DNA of 64,000 nt from an uncultured Alphaproteobacteria bacterium (lineage in GTDB: Bacteria; Pseudomonadota; Alphaproteobacteria; GCA-2731375), in contig CATOSZ010000007.1 in the NCBI GenBank assembly GCA_951812805.1, forward strand, positions 13,959 through 77,958, read 5' to 3'. How positions within the stretch are numbered: position 1 is the first letter of the stretch; each line of letters opens with the position of its first letter. This document shows positions 51,387-59,080 of this stretch, piece by piece. The position numbers and the translations under genes are program-made. The notes under the pieces are model-generated. The model ran no database searches. It was not told the DNA's origin and saw only the letters and a program-made list of their open reading frames with translations.

Positions 51387-52114
51387 AAGCTTTGATAGAC
51401 CAACTGATCGCCCTGAGGCTGTATGGAATGGCGGCTTGCGCCGAAGCTTTGCTGGCCGCGCGCAAGCCGCCAAGTCTGACCACTGCGATAAAGCAACTGA
51501 TCGACGCCGAGACTGTAGAGCGCCGGGTGCGCTCTATCCAGCACCAAATGCGGGCCTCGAAGTTCCCCCACCATAAGGACTTCGCCACTTTCGATTACGG
51601 CCTAGCCGCCGTCACCCAAGCGCAAATCGACCCCTTCTGCTCAGGGCAGTTCACCCAGGAGGCCCACAACCTCATTCTGGTGGGCGGAACCGGTACGGGC
51701 AAAACCCACATCGCCATTGCTCTGGGGACGCTGTTGATCAATCAGGGAAAGAAGGTCCGTTTCTTCAACGCCGTCGATCTGATCAATGCGCTGATCAAGG
51801 AACAGGCCGAAGGCAACGCCGGCAAGATCATCCGGCAACTGACGGCCATGGATTGCGTCATCATCGACGAACTGGGCTATATCCCATTCCCCAAATCCGG
51901 CGGTGCGCTCTTGTTCCACCTGATCAGCAAACTCTATGAGAAGACCAGCGTCATCATCACCACCAATCTGGAGTTCGGGGAATGGGTCTCCGTCTTCGGA
52001 GATGCAAAAATGACAACCGCGTTGCTGGATCGTGTAACGCATCACTGCGCAATCATCGAAACAGGCAACATGTCTTACCGCTTCGCACAAAGCAAACAGC
52101 GACGACAAAAGTAG
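51383..52114 (+). CDS. istB: IS21-family ATPase IstB
   Basis: Walker [12 protein letters not shown] and Walker [10 protein letters not shown]. The ATG overlaps the istA stop (ATGA). Confidence 0.9.
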   Translation: MKALIDQLIALRLYGMAACAEALLAARKPPSLTTAIKQLIDAETVERRVRSIQHQMRASKFPHHKDFATFDYGLAAVTQAQIDPFCSGQFTQEAHNLILVGGTGTGKTHIAIALGTLLINQGKKVRFFNAVDLINALIKEQAEGNAGKIIRQLTAMDCVIIDELGYIPFPKSGGALLFHLISKLYEKTSVIITTNLEFGEWVSVFGDAKMTTALLDRVTHHCAIIETGNMSYRFAQSKQRRQK

Positions 52115-52131
52115 CCGCCCTGTAAGCAAAG

Positions 52132-52176
52132 CCCCAGGCTGATCCGCTATATGGAGCCAATCAGCCTGGGGGCTTT
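52132..52176 (+). terminator. Hairpin after istB
   Basis: CCCCAGGCTGAT-(16 nt)-ATCAGCCTGGGG, followed by CTTTC. Confidence 0.5.
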
Positions 52177-52235
52177 CATCGCAAAGGCGGGCAAATCAAA
52201 ACGGGTCCTGTACAGATTGTTCTGCAAAAGGGGTT

Positions 52236-52400
52236 TCGTAGCTGGGGCACAAGTCCGGGCCGATGGGGTGGATGAGCTGCCTCCGGCTGGTCCGGGCTCT
52301 CGCGATCGAAATCCATGAGGACTGGCTGGATGCCAACCGCTAGCTCAACATGATCCATCTCAAGGAGAGCAAAAGCGAACGCATCCAGAAAGCCGCCTGA
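52236..52400 (+). pseudogene. Possible 3' remnant of an IS256/Mutator-type transposase inside the IS21 copy
   Basis: Translation gives ..SCLRLVRALAIEIHEDWLDANR*LNMIHLKESK.., resembling the C-terminal ..LRLV.A.L.E..EEW...RYLNM..L pattern. It is interrupted by a TAG and by upstream frame breaks. Confidence 0.4.
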
Positions 52401-52689
52401 CGGCGGCTCGGCATGCCTGGCGCTCCGAGCAATCGAAATCTCCGCGCCAGGCATGCCGGTGGCCCTCATCGGCAGCCATGACAAACTTGCAGAACAGTCT
52501 GGACACTACTTCAAAAGCTCATTGCCACTTCAAGAACCCCACCTGATCCCCACGTTCCGCCGCCGGCCCGGTTGTCCCGGTGGGCCCACAGGCCCCTCCC
52601 ACGCGGCTTCGCTCCGCGTAACGCAAAGCGCTACACGAAGCCGCGCGGGGCCCTCCCGTGGACTACCGGGACAACCTCCGTCGAAGCAA

Positions 52690-52701
52690 GGGGGGGGGGG
52701 G
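52690..52701. repeat. Poly-G tract, 12 G (10 G in copy B)
   Basis: Counted directly. It lies immediately inside the right-end subterminal repeat AATTGACC. Confidence 0.9.
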
Positions 52702-52748
52702 TCAATTTTGCACGCCGATAGGGGGTCAGAATTAAATGCTGATTGACA

Positions 52749-53429
52749 CTCGGTCATGAGCTTGCGGACCTGCCAGGCCCGGGGCCGGTAGCCTTGCGCG
52801 CTCAATTGTTCCCAGACGGCTATCTGGCGCCCGGTGTCGGGGTTGATCGTGAAGGCGGAAAGGGTCTCCAGGTCGATCTCCTCGGCCCGGTAGGCGGCCA
52901 GCAGGGCGGGCGCCACGGCGCCCAATCGCAGGCGCTGATGGACCAGGCGTTCGGAGACGCCGAAGCGGGTGGCGATGGCGGGAACGGTGGCGCCGGCCCC
53001 GGCGAGCGCGGCGAAGGCCTCGACCTGGTCGGCCGGGTGCATGGCGGCCCGCACGGCATTCTCGGCGAGCGACAGTTCGGCCGCGACAGCGGCATTGTCG
53101 ATCGAAAGGCAGCGCACGGTGAAATCGGCCTCGATGGCGCCTTCGGCGGCGAGCGCTTGCAGGGCGGCGAGACGGCGGCCGCCGGCGGTGACGCCATAAC
53201 GGCCCCCGCCGTCCGGCCCGGCCCCGAGGGGGCGGACAACCAGGTTCTCCAGCAGCCCGTGGGCGGCGAGGGAGGCTTTCAGTTCGTCGTCGGCGCCCGC
53301 GCCGGCGGGGGTCTTGCGCACGTTCTCGGGGGCCAGCTCCAGCTGGCCGAGGGGGATCTCGTAGGTCTTGGCGGTCATGACCGGGGGAACGGCGGGGTCG
53401 TGACGGGCGGCGATGTCGGATGGGGTCAT
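52749..53429 (-). pseudogene. ParB-like nuclease N-terminal fragment of a conjugative-element-type protein, 3'-truncated by IS21 copy A
   Basis: LELAPENVRK, NLVVRP......YGVTAGGRRLAALQAL and HPADQVEAF motifs. The reading frame runs straight into the IS terminus (..QVRKLMTE|CQSAFN). Confidence 0.8.
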
Positions 53430-53764
53430 GGTGGTATGTTCTCCAAGGGGATGTGGCGCTCGAGCGAAGCGGGCGGCCGGATCGGGTCTCTTCCCTGCCC
53501 GCCGCCGCTCGGCCCTACACACCCCGCCCCGGCTCGCCTCTTTCTCCTGGCGGCGTGGGGGTGGATGGTGTCGTCGAATGATCGAGGGGGCGGCGCGGCG
53601 CAATATCGCCCGCCTGGGAGCGCCGTCAGCGGGCGATGGGGAGGTTGTTCAGAGAGGGAAGACGCCGACGGCGAAATGCCCGTCGGTGGGCCTGTACGGG
53701 TCGGGAAGCGGTTGGATGGTGAATTACGAGAAGAATGCCGGGCGGAATGCGCGGCTGGGCGGCC

Positions 53765-54253
53765 TCAAATGGGAAGCAGGCGCAACGCGGCAAGCACGAT
53801 GCCGCCGATGGCGATCGTGGCGGTGAACAGCATGCCGGCGTTCCACTTCAGAAGGTCGAGCTTCAGGCTGGAAATGCTGGCCTTGGTCTCGAGGCGGAGC
53901 TTCTCGATTTCGCCGCGGACGCTCGCGATTTCACCCTTGGTCTCTTGACGCAGGGCTTCGATGACGGCGTTCGTCTCCAGGTGCAGGGCCTGCATATCGG
54001 CCTTGGTTTCGATCCGGAGTTTCTCGACATCGCCGCGAACCGCCTCGATCTCCCCCTTGGTTTCCAGGCGCAGGGTCTCGATTTCACCGCGCACCGTCTC
54101 GATATCGGTCTTGGTGGCGAGATTATGGCGGATCAGGTTGTGTTGCTGGGAGACCACGACCTCGGCCTGCGGCTCCGGCATGCCGGCTTCCTTCAGCTGG
54201 CGCACGGCCGCGTGGGTGTCGTAGATGCTTTCGGCACTGTCGCTCATGGGCAT
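53765..54253 (-). CDS. DUF1640-like coiled-coil protein with a C-terminal membrane anchor
   Basis: Reiterated (E/D)I(E/A).(V/L)R.E.K units and a C-terminal TM segment MLFTATIAIGGIVLAALRLL. Confidence 0.75.
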   Translation of the reverse strand: MPMSDSAESIYDTHAAVRQLKEAGMPEPQAEVVVSQQHNLIRHNLATKTDIETVRGEIETLRLETKGEIEAVRGDVEKLRIETKADMQALHLETNAVIEALRQETKGEIASVRGEIEKLRLETKASISSLKLDLLKWNAGMLFTATIAIGGIVLAALRLLPI

Positions 54254-54320
54254 AACATAGCCTCTCCAATGGCTCTTGGGAACGATACGTTTCAGCGGCG
54301 ATAGGCGAATGACCTCTCCC

Positions 54321-54397
54321 CGCGCTCCCCCATCGCCCCGCCGTCCTCTTACTCCCGCCGGTGCGCAAGCGGGCTGGTGCCGGGTGCGGCGGATCGG
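54321..54397. repeat. ~75-nt conserved intergenic repeat, copy 1 (partner at 58186-58259)
   Basis: CGCGCTCCCCCATCGCCC..GTCCTCTT.CTCCCGCC..GCGCAAGCGGG.TGGTG...GCGGCGGATCGG is shared by both loci. Confidence 0.65.
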
Positions 54398-54415
54398 TTG
54401 CCGGCTGGAGGCCAC

Positions 54416-54488
54416 TCAGCGCGCGAGCCGCTTTCCCCGCCGCCAGTCCCAGGGTGCGACGAAGGCGCCGCGCCAGAGTCTGGCCTTA
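54416..54488 (-). pseudogene. 3' piece of an SNase-like gene split by the IS630-family element
   Basis: Once the IS and one TA are removed, the frame reads ..APKARLWRGAFVAPWDWRRGKRLAR*. This parallels RRGMWAGRFVEPWRWRRGAR in the intact nuclease 58287..58982. Confidence 0.45.
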
Positions 54489-54642
54489 TACCAGTCGACA
54501 TTGATGTCAACTCGCGGTTGGATTCCCTTGCTGGCTGATTTCTGACTCAATTGTGGTGATTCGGAAGAGGGGGATCACCATGGGTCGGGGTATTGCCTTG
54601 CGCGAGGATTTCGATGCGGCGGCGTTGCGACGTCTGGCCAAG

Positions 54643-56079
54643 CAGCAGTTCTCATTATGGCTCTTGTTTCTGTCTCCTGGGTGATACTCGCTTGGGGTTC
54701 GGTTTCGGTTCAGAGGCTGGCTCTGGCAGGCGGTGGCTGCCCAGTGATGAGGGTCCGCACGAGGGCCGCCCAGGAGGGGAAGACGATGTAGCTGGTAATG
54801 GTGCGTAAGTGTTCGAAGAAGCGCCGACGTGAGCCAAGGGCGCCGCGGGCCTTTTCCCAGACGGCTTCGAGGATCTCGCACACGCCGTGGCAGGCGAAGG
54901 CGAAGAGGTTCATGGTGGCGAGCAGGGCCGAGAGGTTCTGTTTGCCATGTCCGAAGTTGTGCTCGAGATTGTAGCCGTTGTTCTTGAGCACGTTGAAGGT
55001 CTCGTTCTCGATCTTCCAACGGGCCCGCCCGCAGGCGGCGAGTTCGGCGACGTTGCTCCGGTCGACAGCGATGTCGGTGACGAAGCTGTTGCGGTACGTG
55101 ACCTTTCCGGCCTTGTTGACGATCTCGATGTTGAGCCAGTTGACCCGGAGCGCGTCCTTACCGTCGCGGATCGGCACGTCGGCGAGCCAACGGTAGCGAT
55201 GGGTCTGGAAGCCACGGCCTTTCTTGACCCGTTCCTCGTGGATCGGCAGTTCGATGCCGTCGAGCCATTCGTGGAGCGTCGGATGCGAGCCTGGCTTGGC
55301 GACGAACAGGAGGTTGCCGCCAACCGCTTGAACGGCCTCGCAAATCGGCTGGCGGGAATAGAGATCGTCGCCGAGATAGATCGGCTTCAGCCGGGCCAGG
55401 CCGGGCCCGTGCGCGACCAGCCAGCGCCGCGTCGCCCGGCTTTCGCAGTCCTGCTTCTCCCCGCCATCCTGGGGAACGACGAACTCCGGAGCCAGCGGTA
55501 TCGCCCGGGCGTGGCCCGGGGCGACAAGCGCTGCCGTGACCATGTTGTGGTGATACTCCACGGCCCCGTCGTTGCGCTTGCGCTGCGAGCAGTTGGGGCA
55601 GGAGATCTTCCGCGAGCAGAAATATTCGGTGCCGTCGAGCGCGACCAGGAGATGGCCGTCCAGGCGTCGGAAGGGGCCGAGCCCACCGCCCGCCTCCAGA
55701 CGTTCCAGCAGGGACGAGAAGAGCGGATAGAGCCTGTCCGGCACCACCGGGTCCAGCATCGCCCGGATCTGGTTGTCCGTCGGGATCCGCGACATGGAGA
55801 ACAAGCTCTCACAATTCGAGCGCCCGTGCGCCCGCGCCAACGTGCGCTGATGGGACAGGAACGAGGGGCTCTGCATGAAGAACAGCGAGAAGGCCGAAAG
55901 CCCGAAGTCGGCCATGTCATAGCGGCTGTTGCTCCCCGTCCGCTTGTCCGGGAAGGACCCGCAGAGCGAGCGCAACTCCAATATCAGGTCTTTGAGCACC
56001 TTCATCGCCACTTTGAATCAGAAACCGGGCTCCTTGCATAGGAAAAAATCAACGCAAATCGCCAAAATGAGAATTGCTG
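54643..56079 (-). mobile_element. IS4-superfamily insertion sequence (1437 bp) nested in the IS630 element
   Basis: The IRs are CAGCAGTTCTCATTATGG and (reverse complement) CAGCAATTCTCATTTTGG. A perfect 9-bp direct duplication CTGGCCAAG lies at 54634-54642 and 56080-56088. Confidence 0.9.
54710..56011 (-). CDS. DDE transposase (IS4-superfamily type; subfamily not assigned)
   Basis: 433 aa. Motifs: ALDGTEYF, a CPNC zinc-like motif, YLGDDLYS, RWKIENETFNVLKNNGYNLEHNFGHG. Confidence 0.9.
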   Translation of the reverse strand: MAMKVLKDLILELRSLCGSFPDKRTGSNSRYDMADFGLSAFSLFFMQSPSFLSHQRTLARAHGRSNCESLFSMSRIPTDNQIRAMLDPVVPDRLYPLFSSLLERLEAGGGLGPFRRLDGHLLVALDGTEYFCSRKISCPNCSQRKRNDGAVEYHHNMVTAALVAPGHARAIPLAPEFVVPQDGGEKQDCESRATRRWLVAHGPGLARLKPIYLGDDLYSRQPICEAVQAVGGNLLFVAKPGSHPTLHEWLDGIELPIHEERVKKGRGFQTHRYRWLADVPIRDGKDALRVNWLNIEIVNKAGKVTYRNSFVTDIAVDRSNVAELAACGRARWKIENETFNVLKNNGYNLEHNFGHGKQNLSALLATMNLFAFACHGVCEILEAVWEKARGALGSRRRFFEHLRTITSYIVFPSWAALVRTLITGQPPPARASL

Positions 56080-56511
56080 CTGGCCAAGGGATCGAGGGAT
56101 GCTAAACAGATCCGGCGCTTGCTTTCGCTTGCTGTGATCTACGAGGGCGGGAGTCGGACGGAGGCCGCGCGGACGGGGGACGTCGGCCTTCAGGTGATCC
56201 GTGACTGGGTGCTGCGTTTCAACGCGGAGGGCCCGGCCGGCCTGATCGACCGCAAGGCGCCGGGCGCGGCGAAGAAACTGGACCCGGCGCAACGGGACGC
56301 CTTGGCGGCCCGGGTGGAAGCGGGACCGGATCCGGCGCGCGACGGCGTCATGCGCTGGCGGCTAGCGGATCTGGTCGACTGGATCGGCGAGAGCTTCGCG
56401 ATCACGCTCGACCAGCGGACGGTGAGCCGGGAGCTGAAGGCGATGGGCTTCGCCAGGATGACGATGCGGCCGCGCCATCACGCCCAGGAGCCGGGGGTGA
56501 TCGAGGACTTC

Positions 56512-56519
56512 AAAAAAAA
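56512..56519 (+). promoter_or_regulatory. A8 run at the frame junction of the IS630 transposase (candidate -1 slippage site or single-base deletion)
   Basis: The upstream frame reads ..EDFKKNSPSW.. to a TAG at 56572. The frame shifted by -1 reads ..FKK(K)FPELVARARKALPDGTGIEIWWQDE. Confidence 0.5.
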
Positions 56520-57105
56520 TTCCCCGAGCTGGTCGCGCGGGCTCGCAAAGCACTCCCCGACGGCACCGGGATAGAGATCTGGTGGCAGGATGAAACCCGC
56601 GTCGGACAGAAGAACAAGCATGCCCGGCGCTGGGCCCGGCGCGGCACACGGCCACGCACCCCGCACGATCAGCGCACCAAGTCGGCCTATATCTTCGGCG
56701 CCATCTGCCCCGAGCGCGGCACCGGCGCCGCCATCGTCCAGCAACGCTGCAACACCGCCGCCATGCAGCAGCATCTGGAGGAAATCTCCGTCCAGGTTCA
56801 ACCCGGAGCCCATGCCTTGATGCTGCTCGACCGGGCCGGCTGGCACACCACGAAACGGCTCGACGTCCCGGCCAACATAACCCTCCTGCCGCTGCCGCCG
56901 AGATCGCCCGAACTCAATCCTGCCGAGAACGTCTGGCAGTACATCCGAAACAACTGGCTCTCCGACATCGTCTTCGAAGACCAGGACGACATCACCGATC
57001 ATTGCTGCAAGGCCTGGAACAACCTCATCGCACAGCCGGACAGAATCAAATCCATCGGACGAAGATCATGGGCCATCGGGTTCTGATCATTGTCGATTGG
57101 TATTA

Positions 57106-57245
57106 GGGGCGCGGGCGGCCTGTTCGGCGGCAACGCCGCGGCTCGAATAGCGCCGCGCGGCAAGTGCCAAGCCCTGGCGTACGAGCCAACAGCCGAGGCC
57201 GGCCTTGCCCGCGATCCCGCGGCGCATGGCGTCGAGGATCGACAT
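57106..57245 (-). pseudogene. 5' piece of the SNase-like remnant split by the IS630 element
   Basis: Reads ..GKAGLGCWLVRQGLALAARRYSSRGVAAEQAARAP, parallel to ..ATNLNAAMVSAGMALAYQRYSKRFLPREAEAKAA of 58287..58982. The N-terminal nuclease core is missing. Confidence 0.45.
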
Positions 57246-57400
57246 TGCAAAAGACGATTCGGCCATTCACCGCTGGCAAGGACAAGGCCGCCGTTGCGCT
57301 CGGGCAGAAGGGCGGAAAGGCCCGAGCCGCGAAGCTGACGCCCGAACAGAGGTCGGAGATCGCGCGGAAGGCGGCGGCCGAGCGGTGGAAAAATCACTGA
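57245..57400 (+). CDS. Possible small basic protein (51 aa) with a GGKARA..LTPEQR..IA.KAAA.RW motif
   Basis: A TTG start at 57245 is preceded by GAGGA at a 6-nt spacing. The motif resembles small phage- and ICE-associated proteins. The longer ORF-track version, 57164..57400, has a junk-like N-terminus. Confidence 0.4.
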   Translation: MQKTIRPFTAGKDKAAVALGQKGGKARAAKLTPEQRSEIARKAAAERWKNH

Positions 57401-57559
57401 CGGCTATTGATCCCGTAACTTTCTGCCACAAATGAGGTGGCAAAAAGCTACGTGGAGTGTGGCGGGCGCGTGTGGTGGGCGCCGGCGCGCGGGTCGCTTC
57501 TCCGTCACGGCTCGCCCTCCCCCTCGACCTGGCTATCCTCTTTCTCCCGCTGGCCGTGC

Positions 57560-57623
57560 ATTCCGACGCATCCGACCGGCGATTCCGATCGCATCCGACC
57601 AGCTGTTCCGACAGCATGCGACC
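57560..57623. repeat. Three direct ~19-nt repeats phased at 22-23 nt (TTCCGA.(n)GCAT(C/G)CGACC)
   Basis: The units are at 57560-57577, 57582-57600 and 57605-57623. A GCGACC-gcctttc-GGTCGC hairpin follows at 57618-57636. Confidence 0.6.
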
Positions 57624-57739
57624 GCCTTTCGGTCGCCCCGCTTCGAGGATGCCCGAGAGTCGCCGCCCGGCGCGCCAGCCGCCTTTCCCGCCGCCAGGAT
57701 TACGGGCAGGGCGCGCCACGCCTTTCGTCAACGCGGAGC

Positions 57740-58132
57740 TCATCGCTCCGGATCGTCCCCCGCTGGGCGCCAAGCGGCCCGTAGCGCCTCGGCCTCGTTA
57801 TACATCTCTTGCAGGTCCGCGTTCGGCGTCCAGTCGTCGAGCAGGCCGGCACGGCCTCCCAGCTCGTGGAAGGCCTGCCAGGGAAAGGGGACGAAGGTCA
57901 TGAGGATGAAGTCGGGGTCGCCTTCCGGCGGGTGGCCGATCATGAAGGCGCGTGGGCAGTGCTCGCAATCGTTCCAGCCGATGGTCATCCGCTCGTGCAG
58001 AGCGCCGCACCAGGGACAAGCGGCACCGTTCGAGACCACGGGCAATGGTGGCGGAAGACGGCGTATCGCGGCGGCGAAATCTTGGTCGGGGTGTGCGTCA
58101 CCCCAGTTCTTTACGCGGATAACCTTCCCCAT
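57740..58132 (-). CDS. Hypothetical zinc-ribbon-like protein (130 aa)
   Basis: CPWCG....(13)...CEHCP cysteine pairs. An AGGGGAG SD lies ahead of the ATG at 58132. The ORF-track extension to 58483 is upstream read-through. Confidence 0.7.
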   Translation of the reverse strand: MGKVIRVKNWGDAHPDQDFAAAIRRLPPPLPVVSNGAACPWCGALHERMTIGWNDCEHCPRAFMIGHPPEGDPDFILMTFVPFPWQAFHELGGRAGLLDDWTPNADLQEMYNEAEALRAAWRPAGDDPER

Positions 58133-58185
58133 CGTGGCAAGCTCCCCTTTTGACAAGAGCGGCGGGTTGCCGCCTTCCCGCGCGC

Positions 58186-58259
58186 CGCGCTCCCCCATCG
58201 CCCGGCTGTCCTCTTCTCCCGCCCGCGCAAGCGGGTTGGTGTTGAAAGCGGCGGATCGG
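58186..58259. repeat. ~75-nt conserved intergenic repeat, copy 2
   Basis: Aligns with 54321-54397. It sits between the nuclease gene's stop and the next minus-strand gene, as copy 1 does. Confidence 0.65.
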
Positions 58260-58286
58260 CGGCATTGCAAAAGACGACGCGGCCCT

Positions 58287-58982
58287 TCACCGTTTCGAGC
58301 GCCGCCATCCCGCCGCCCGGGCCTCTCCCTCGGTGCAGAACCAACGCTCATTCTTGGACGGGCTGATCTTGGTCCGGCTGTAATACCGACCGCCGGGGAC
58401 GTGGTAGATCTTGCCGTTCCGCGAGATGTTGCCCTTGATGCGGCAGTCCCGAGCTCGGGCAGGCTGGTCGTCGTTTGCCGCACGCGATGTCAGCCGGGCG
58501 CCTCGGCGCCAGCGCCAGGGCTCGACAAAGCGACCTGCCCACATCCCTCGGCGCGCTGCTTTCGCTTCGGCCTCCCGCGGCAGAAACCTCTTGCTGTATC
58601 GCTGGTAGGCCAGTGCCATCCCGGCGGAAACCATCGCCGCGTTGAGATTCGTCGCTCCAACATGGCAGACGGATATGAGGCGGCCGTAGCGGTCGCGGCC
58701 CTGGTCATCGCAGGTCACCGTGCTGGATCCGATCAGGTCCCGGAGCGTCTTCGTGGCCTGGGCGCCGCAGAGCCAGGTGACACCCTCGCGCGCGCACGTC
58801 TGCCGGCTCTCGGGCGCGTCGATGCCGTGCAGGCGAAGGCGCTCGCCGGCGATCTCGAGGGTATCGCCGTCGATGACGCGCGCGGGACCGCTGACCTGGG
58901 CGGGTGCGGCGGCGGCGGGCAGCGCCAGGGCGAACAGGAACAGGGCCAGGCACAGGCCGGGAATGCGGGATCGTGGGGTCAT
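58287..58982 (-). CDS. Secreted thermonuclease (SNase-like) with an extra C-terminal Cys-containing module
   Basis: A signal peptide, then VIDGDTLEI....RLHGIDAPE, and a C-terminal CRIKGNISRNGKIYHVPGGRYYSRTKI....ERWFCTEGEARAAGWRRS. Confidence 0.85.
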   Translation of the reverse strand: MTPRSRIPGLCLALFLFALALPAAAAPAQVSGPARVIDGDTLEIAGERLRLHGIDAPESRQTCAREGVTWLCGAQATKTLRDLIGSSTVTCDDQGRDRYGRLISVCHVGATNLNAAMVSAGMALAYQRYSKRFLPREAEAKAARRGMWAGRFVEPWRWRRGARLTSRAANDDQPARARDCRIKGNISRNGKIYHVPGGRYYSRTKISPSKNERWFCTEGEARAAGWRRSKR

Positions 58983-59080
58983 GGCTCGATCTTCTCCTTA
59001 TCGGATCTTGCTGGCTTGGTCCGGGGCGGGGCGCGGAGACTGTGGCCCGCGCAGGATCGCGCGGGCCACGGTGAGGCCGC

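Larger units (their letters stand above)
49771..52748 (+). mobile_element. IS21-family insertion sequence, copy A (2978 bp), carrying ~630 bp of extra non-transposase sequence
   Basis: The boundary was set where copies A and B stop being identical. The terminal IRs are TGTGAATCGGCATGCAAAACTGACCC and (reverse complement) TGTCAATCAGCATTTAATTCTGACCC, each with a second internal (A/G)AATTGACCC repeat. Confidence 0.85.
54580..57086 (+). pseudogene. IS630-family transposase gene, split by the nested IS and carrying a frame change at an A8 run
   Basis: The N-terminus MGRGIALREDFDAAALRRLAK (54580-54642) continues as GSRDAKQIRRLLSLAVIYEGGSR... after 56088. The DDE part reads IWWQDETRVGQ, LLDRAGWH, PPRSPELNPAENVW. 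Confidence 0.8.
54489..57103 (+). mobile_element. IS630-family insertion sequence, itself interrupted by a nested IS; ends good to +/-1 nt
   Basis: The IRs are TACCAGTCGACATTGATG and (reverse complement) ATACCAATCGACAATGATC, flanked by TA on both sides (54487-54488 and 57104-57105). Confidence 0.8.

Noticed and set aside
52530-53603. The 357-aa ORF as an intact ParB-like protein.
   Set aside because: The C-terminal ~70 codons are a translation of the IS21 right terminus and poly-G. The N-terminal ~58 codons precede a well-placed ATG with an SD. Only 52749..53429 is genuine, and it is truncated.
53413-53826. The ORF 53413..53826(+) and other ORFs in the 53430-53764 gap as small genes.
   Set aside because: No SD or start support and junk-like composition. 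The gap more likely holds the promoter and leader of the ParB-like gene.
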